A stretch of DNA of 64,000 nt from Marsupella aquatica (lineage: Eukaryota; Plantae; Marchantiophyta). The notes below the pieces were generated by a model, which saw only the letters and a list, made by a program, of their open reading frames with translations, ran no database searches and was not told where the DNA came from. Position 1 is the stretch's first letter. Each line of letters begins with the position of its first letter. The stretch is from NCBI GenBank assembly GCA_973895155.1, contig OZ316895.1, positions 24,078,281 through 24,142,280 on the forward strand, read 5' to 3'. Shown in pieces: positions 58,801 through 64,000 of the stretch. The position numbers and the translations under genes were made by a program.

Positions 58801-61630
58801 CAAGAAAAGCGTGACCCAGCAACAGTTTCTGAGTCAGGAGGTACTTCCAGATACAAGTCAAGCAGCGGGTAGCTCTCCAGTTGAGATGAAACAGAGCAAC
58901 AGGAAAGTTTACACAAAAACCAAGAAAATGATAGCCCAGAAGAATGCTGTAAGTAAGGAGGTACATCAAGATTCTATTGCAGAAGCAGGTGGCTCTCTCA
59001 CTGAGTGGAAAGCGTACCAAAAAAACAAGAGGCGTTTGACCTTGAAGCAGTCTGGAAGTCCTGAGTTGCTCCCAGATCTAGGCAGAGCAGCAGATTGCTA
59101 TCCAACTGAGAGGAAAATGTACAAAAAATTCAAGAAAAGTGTGACCCAGAAAAAGGCTGTAAGGTACGATGTACTTCCAGATTCAGGCACAGAAGCAGAT
59201 GGCTCTCCAACTGAGGGGAAAGTGTACAAACAAATCAAGAAATGTGTGATCCCGAAGCAGTCTGGAGGGCAGGAGGGACTTCTAGATTCTGGTGATGTAG
59301 CGGGTGGCTCTACAGCTGACATGAAGCAGAGTAGTGCGAAAATGTGCAAAAACATCAAGAAAATTGCTACCCAGAAGCAGTCCTTAACGCAGGAGGTACG
59401 TCCAGGTTCAGGTTCAGGTGAAGCAGCTGGTGGCTCCGGAAATGAGATGAAACAGAGAATCAAGGCAGAGAAACATGTGAGCCAGAAAGATTCAGTTACC
59501 AAAAAAAGACCCAGACCTGACAACGATCTGCTTCATTGTCCCTCGGAACGGCAGAACAAGGTTGAGCTGTCTCCTCTGAAGAGCCTGCGAGCACATACCC
59601 CCGGAGAAAGTGTTGAGCCGATGGAACAAAAGTTGGCCGCGAGGGATTGTACTGCTGTAGAAAGACCTTCAGGGATTAAGCCATCTCCTCTGAAGAGACT
59701 GGTTGAACAAAGCCCGGGGGCAAGTGTTGAGCCAATGGAGCAGAAAGGAAAATTGACTGCGAGGGAAAAGTCAGGTGGTATAGAAAGATCTCAGTGTGTG
59801 GATAATTCAACCGAGGACGACCCCGACCAAGGTCAAGTAACCTTCCGAAAGTGCAAGAAATCCAAGGTCACTGAATCTAAGCATCGGAGAGATCCTCCCT
59901 GCAATACTATTCCAGGAGAGGACGGTACGGTTTCAAACCGGGAAAAATCCAGCCAACTGAAGCACATCACAGGTACCAAGAACTTTGAGCACAGTACCGT
60001 TGCTCAATATTTTAATCGTCTTGCCAGGGAGAGTTCTGGTCATAGTGACATTGTCAAGTGTGAAAGGTCCAAAAAGCTGAAGACAGGGAAAAAGGCCAAG
60101 GCCAGTGACAGGAAGCATAGTAAGGATATCGTATCTCTAGCTAACCCAAATGAGATTGCGTATGAGGTTGGCTATGTACAAAGTCAAATTTTGAAGGTAA
60201 TGTCCACCAAGGATTGTGCTGTTCTGGATTCAAGCGCGGTAGGAAAGGATCTTATTAGTAATGTCAAGCCTTGGCCAACCAGTCCAAGTTCTGATTCGAC
60301 GGAATCAGATGATGGTGAGAGATATCGACTAGTCCCTTGTAAGAAAAATATTGATAGTCAGCGTTCTAAGAGTGCCACTTCAAACGACCCTTCAACATCA
60401 TTAGCAATAGTAACAGTATGCCCAGAGCAAGAATGGTCAGAAATATGTTCACAGGTCGGGGATCCTAACCACCCCCATATGCAACCAGTATCCGTTGAGG
60501 CGAAATCAGCGAAATCTGTCCCGAAGAATTTGAAAATTAATCCTATCTTGGTTGATCCTAAGGCAAAGGACCTCTCTCATATGCAATTGGTACCTTTTGA
60601 TTTAAAGCAAGGGAAAGCTGCCTCGAAAAGTGTTAAAAGGGACCAGAGTTTGGTCGATCCCAAGGCAAAGGACCTGTCCAATATGCAACTGGTACTTGTT
60701 GATTCCAAGGCAGGGAAATCTGTCTCCAAAACTTCGAAAAATCATCTGAGGTTGGTTCGTCAGGAGGCAAAGGACGTCCCCCAGATGCATCTCGTACCTT
60801 GTGATGCAAAGTGGGGGAAGTTTTCCTCGAAAATTATGGAAAACCTTCCGAGGTCGGTTGAATCAGAGGCGAAAGGAAATAACAGTACAGTATTATATAC
60901 TGGATCTGAGCAAGCTTCTATCTGCCCTGAGTCAAAGGGATGTGCGCGGGTTTCTGTTGAAGGGTGGGCCTGGAGAGAGTGGGCACGAAAGATGAAGTTG
61001 GTGGGGAGAAAGCGTGGGGCTCTTTCTGCCCCTGGATCCAATAAACAGCCCATACACTCATTGTCTGGTGTAGATGGGCGTCTGTTGGCCAAAAGCCCTG
61101 CCCGAAGCCTTCATTCTGCACGAAAAAATCGGGCAGCTCTACGCAAACTTGCTGTTGCTGTTGAGGGTAGTGACGTGCTGAAACTTAGCCAACTGAAGGC
61201 AAGGAAAAAACGATTGAAATTTCAGCGTAGCAATATTCACGAATGGGGTCTCATTGCTTTGGATCAAATTGAGGCTGACGACTTCATTATAGAGTATGTT
61301 GGGGAACTCATTCGTACAAAGATTTCAGATCTCCGTGAGCAACGGTACGAGTCAATGGGCATAGGAAGCAGCTACCTTTTCCGTATCGATGATGAGTTTG
61401 TGGTGGATGCTACCAGGCGTGGGGGACTGGCTAGGTTTATCAATCATTCTTGTGATCCCAATTGCTACACCAAAATCATAACAATTGAGGGGCAGAAGAA
61501 GGTGGTGATATACTCAAAACGACTCATTAAGGCTGGAGAAGAGCTTACTTATGATTATAAGTTTCCTCTTGAAGAGAAGAAAATTACTTGCTGCTGTGGA
61601 TCTGCAAGATGCAGAGGCTTCATGAACTAA
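55883..61630 (+). CDS. ATXR7: ATXR7/SDG25 (Set1-class) histone H3K4 methyltransferase-like, intronless, 1915 aa; two GYF domains, repeat-rich linker, SET and post-SET
   Basis: GYF-like WMY.N..G...GPY...QL (~56294) and WKY....G..EGPF.L.EL (~57191). [67 protein letters not shown] and CCCGS..CRGFMN. The exact start codon is uncertain. Confidence 0.93.
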   Translation: MISPPRAHCHDSLKPVPFVIAGSAYAATCAVEANSGNAVIQERFATGLGLDTQNIEIIRDESSLTDRKGFRMEAENVDSMCPPGERERGTDSTMIPGITAHTPLQREATAGTNDITRNAESRTVQRGELSTSKASTDWMYQNERGALSGPYTLQQLSEGMSSGFLPDDLLIHHVDGQSAPILLRDLVGAEALDVSVNGESISNCILQSRLHGGAQVPESEPPGVRVNGEHMYPENGVSQYPFRGFPNIINSSICPSVPSAGFESRNASRPPATGGGPHPFGFSNPQTPNIHSQAYHPGPRPGYNAQTPNNQPQPYHSGPPPGYNAQTPNMQSQPYHPGPPPGYNAQTPNTQTQPYHPGPPPGYNAQTFNTQTQPYHPGPPPGYNPQTPNIQSQPYHQGPPPGYNAQTPNIQSQPYHPGPPPGSSVLEHNRMWTDRRWKYQGLNGRMEGPFGLSELTHWFHSNLLYGSLQVYDIHECQGPTSLENILSNGRNGTLAGLYNRPAATAHSMCQTDDQAGINPFVGNSHRNPDEDLNPSCPVEITRVDVGADFPQNPPSQTASECQDGKVDTCMHSSKETSSQVDISMEQLSYTQQSSEPEESELIPPGFQSARNPSSLPSKAENRSGPHVSPFWQSKAIGGLGVKSTSAAANPQSTNLQGGKVVSPRPADEIVEASFSSSSAPSSGVEKLKSYSDHSKDEASSRGSAVLRDGHLKVPIPSPSLKPDELLDIRALTGSEVTLKDISVGTLVSSGLKNEDLLSPRSRSVPQSPLSRLQGGGSEPQSGKRNFKRLTKSKTERDEVVPHEAEIYDLKIDSTLSLCDDLPGSPVSPPSPFLQESVLPGKARPKKRNLMKVGSKQERHPDTCKRVCSSSTPEGGPKKLDRELKVANHGRSSDCNGVTEMLSEKGYTKTKKSVIQKHSVTPRARLDSSKSAGESAFERKHCSEKIHTKAKKSVTQKQSVSPEVLPDSGEVAKTKKSVTQQQFLSQEVLPDTSQAAGSSPVEMKQSNRKVYTKTKKMIAQKNAVSKEVHQDSIAEAGGSLTEWKAYQKNKRRLTLKQSGSPELLPDLGRAADCYPTERKMYKKFKKSVTQKKAVRYDVLPDSGTEADGSPTEGKVYKQIKKCVIPKQSGGQEGLLDSGDVAGGSTADMKQSSAKMCKNIKKIATQKQSLTQEVRPGSGSGEAAGGSGNEMKQRIKAEKHVSQKDSVTKKRPRPDNDLLHCPSERQNKVELSPLKSLRAHTPGESVEPMEQKLAARDCTAVERPSGIKPSPLKRLVEQSPGASVEPMEQKGKLTAREKSGGIERSQCVDNSTEDDPDQGQVTFRKCKKSKVTESKHRRDPPCNTIPGEDGTVSNREKSSQLKHITGTKNFEHSTVAQYFNRLARESSGHSDIVKCERSKKLKTGKKAKASDRKHSKDIVSLANPNEIAYEVGYVQSQILKVMSTKDCAVLDSSAVGKDLISNVKPWPTSPSSDSTESDDGERYRLVPCKKNIDSQRSKSATSNDPSTSLAIVTVCPEQEWSEICSQVGDPNHPHMQPVSVEAKSAKSVPKNLKINPILVDPKAKDLSHMQLVPFDLKQGKAASKSVKRDQSLVDPKAKDLSNMQLVLVDSKAGKSVSKTSKNHLRLVRQEAKDVPQMHLVPCDAKWGKFSSKIMENLPRSVESEAKGNNSTVLYTGSEQASICPESKGCARVSVEGWAWREWARKMKLVGRKRGALSAPGSNKQPIHSLSGVDGRLLAKSPARSLHSARKNRAALRKLAVAVEGSDVLKLSQLKARKKRLKFQRSNIHEWGLIALDQIEADDFIIEYVGELIRTKISDLREQRYESMGIGSSYLFRIDDEFVVDATRRGGLARFINHSCDPNCYTKIITIEGQKKVVIYSKRLIKAGEELTYDYKFPLEEKKITCCCGSARCRGFMN
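56731..57150 (+). repeat. Coding minisatellite: 7 x 60 bp ([20 protein letters not shown])
   Basis: The 60-bp period is directly visible in DNA and protein between the two GYF domains. Confidence 0.95.
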
Positions 61631-62304
61631 ATATCTTTGTCATGCTGGATCTTCATTGAATGACAAGGTTCTCCGACACACTACACTGAACCCTTTGTGT
61701 GAAGTCCGTAAGACACCTAAAATACTTGGTCGGGCTGCTCTGATCCCAGGGTTAAAAAGTTTTGCTTGTGCTCTCAGGTCGTGCTCCTTTCCACTTGAAA
61801 TTGGTGTTTCTTCATTCTTAAGTGGTCTAGAGGTCCATCCGGCCAAGCTAAGAGTTCCAAGTTTATTTGGAAACGGGTTTTTTCCACTAGTTTCCTGGAA
61901 GTCGTGAGCTGAGGAATCCGGATTCTCTTGAACAAAGAGGGATCGCCATAGGTTTATACTGGTAATAGTTGGCTCCACCACGAAAAGATTATGCTGGGAC
62001 CTGCTGGCTGTACATCAATCAGGACTGGTAAATAGTAGCCGTCTTTGTCAGATGGGGTGATGAGGTCGGAGAATCAAGGAGCACACATTGTTCAACCAAG
62101 TTACGATTTTTCTGTTAGGCAAATACTACTTGGAGCAAAGTTGAGGACAAAAACCATACACTCCCTAGTAAGTGGGAACAGATTTGTCGTTCTACTTAAC
62201 AGTCTGCTTTCGTCATTGTAGGTAAAAAACTCGTATTCATTAGAAATAAAACCACTTCGTTTCTGAATTTTTCAATGCATTGTTTTGCAGGGAGGAGCTC
62301 GCGA

Positions 62305-64000
62305 ATGATGTACTGCTCGAAAATAGTTTTGATCTTGAGAGCGAGGAAAAATGATCCTTACGCGTTGCGTTCCTCGGCCCTTAAAGCTCAATCTTCTATT
62401 TTGACGAAGTTGTGCGCCCCTCAGTTGGTGGAGGCCTCCGCAGCAGGTATGTGTACGTGTTGAGTAGCCTAGAAAAGAACTTTAGGGCAGAGGTTTGTGA
62501 TGTCTTTGCCCTCAGCAAGGGTTTAGGGTTTGTCGCTTGCGCTTCAGTTTGTTTATTTTGAAGAGAGAACAGCAGCAGGTGCTAGTTAAGTTAAGTTGTT
62601 GATTACTTTTATGTTGTGTGTATATGCAATGTAGGAAGCTCATCCTGTAATCTTCGGTTTACGTCAACCCAAGTCTTGACGGATGAGGATAGCAAAGGCA
62701 TATCATCATCAAGGTGCGATAAACCCTGAATAGGATCCAGTGAGGCCACTTTTTTAATCCTTCATCAGTTTAGTGTGCTTTATTAATGAAGTCTTGGGAT
62801 CCTAACGTCATTCTCTGGATCCTGTTCAGAGGTTATGTTTCTACTGTCTTTGGGGCGACGGGTTTTCTCGGGCGCTATGTCGTCCAAAATCTTGGTAAAT
62901 TACTACTCATGTGGGGTCTCTTCTTGGACTCGTATGATTATGATTCATGTCTTTATTCTGAACTGGCTCCCGAAGCTCATAAGTTTCTTTATGGCAAAAT
63001 TTGGGGCATTTGTTGCTCCACTTGCCCAGTTTGTTCGGCTATGCAATTCATCATCATACTTGTCGTTGTGTCTTACATCGCGAAAACTTGTGGTACAATT
63101 TGTAGTGAAAATTGGTTCTCGGGTTATTGTACCCTATAGAGGGTCAGAGGATGATTGCAAGCACCTCAAAGACATGGGGAACTCGGGACAGGTAGTTAGT
63201 CACCATGAGTCCCTATCTCTTTTTCACTCTGATTCTCTGGTGCTGTGTTTCTGACTTTGAAGTAGCAGCGGATTGACGGGAAGAAGCAGTAGACGTTCCC
63301 TTGATTTCTCTCTAGGCAATCCTATGTTTCACTCCATAGTTTAAGGATGATGTCATATAATCTTTGCTCACTGTTTATGGTGATTTTGTTGGGGAATTAG
63401 GTCGTGCCCTTGAGATATGACATACGCGATGAAGAATCAATTCGGGCAGCAATGACTGCGTCTAATGTTGTGGTCAATCTCATTGGTAGGTTCTACGTTG
63501 TTTTATTCATTTGTTTTTATGATTGCCCTTAGTGTTCACTGGGCGCAAAGCCGTAACGGTTTTTTGTTGATTTTGTTGATCGTAGGCAGGGAATACGAAA
63601 GCCACAGGTTCGGCTTTGAAGAGCTCAATGTTTGGGTTCCAGAGCGTATTTCACGGGTATGTGCTATGAAATTCGTCAGCCAGCCATCAGCTTCATATAT
63701 CATACAGCTAGTTTCCCTTTTGACTTGGTTATAGCAATACAACCAGCAACTACAGTACTTGGAAATTTATTAACTAGTGTTCGAATCCTGCTCTCTCTCT
63801 CTCGCTCTCTAATATATATGCTTACTTGTACTGAGGATTGGCATTTCTTCGACTCTTAAATATTGGAACCATAAATGTTAACAATTTTGCAGTTAGTCGC
63901 TGAACATGGGAGCATTGACCGCTATATTCACGTTTCAGCTCTGGGTGCTGATTCCGATCATCCAGCTCTACAATACAGGACTAAGGCTAAAGGAGAGGAG
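62305..64000 (+). CDS. NDUFA9: NDUFA9-like (complex I 39-kDa subunit, SDR fold), partial; exons 62305-62446, 62635-62713, 62830-62894, 63106-63191, 63401-63485, 63586-63656, 63893-64000+
   Basis: GT-AG introns with consistent phases give ..[56 protein letters not shown]......SNVVVNLIGREYE...F.FEE.N...AEHG.I.RYIHVSALGA. The gene runs past the window end. Confidence 0.9.

Overview
Plant nuclear DNA, most likely a non-vascular land plant: a plastid cysT fragment points to a liverwort- or hornwort-like lineage (inference). Five host protein-coding genes are supported: an intronless arginine decarboxylase (4072-6153, +) with a GC-rich ADC-box-like leader element; a two-coding-exon Pro-rich-repeat/HMA-domain gene (-); a BAP31-like ER protein (-); an intronless 1915-aa ATXR7/SET1-like H3K4 methyltransferase (+); and a divergent NDUFA9-like gene running off the window end. 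There is also one tRNA-Glu(TTC). The rest is largely transposon-derived: a Ty1/Copia element with both LTRs, PBS, PPT and TSD but an internal deletion; a PIF/Harbinger element interrupted by a 2.5-kb solo LTR; MITEs and a MULE; and a truncated Ty3/Gypsy element. The most striking object is that Gypsy element. It carries what looks like the C-terminal part of a C5 DNA methyltransferase in frame ahead of RT, and a PHD finger after integrase. Other leads are seven PPPG-type repeats between the two GYF domains of the intronless SET gene, a possible shared SET-NDUFA9 transcript, a switch-like ADC leader structure, and a GTAC-rich repeat array upstream of ADC. All family calls come from motif recognition by eye. 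No searches were run.
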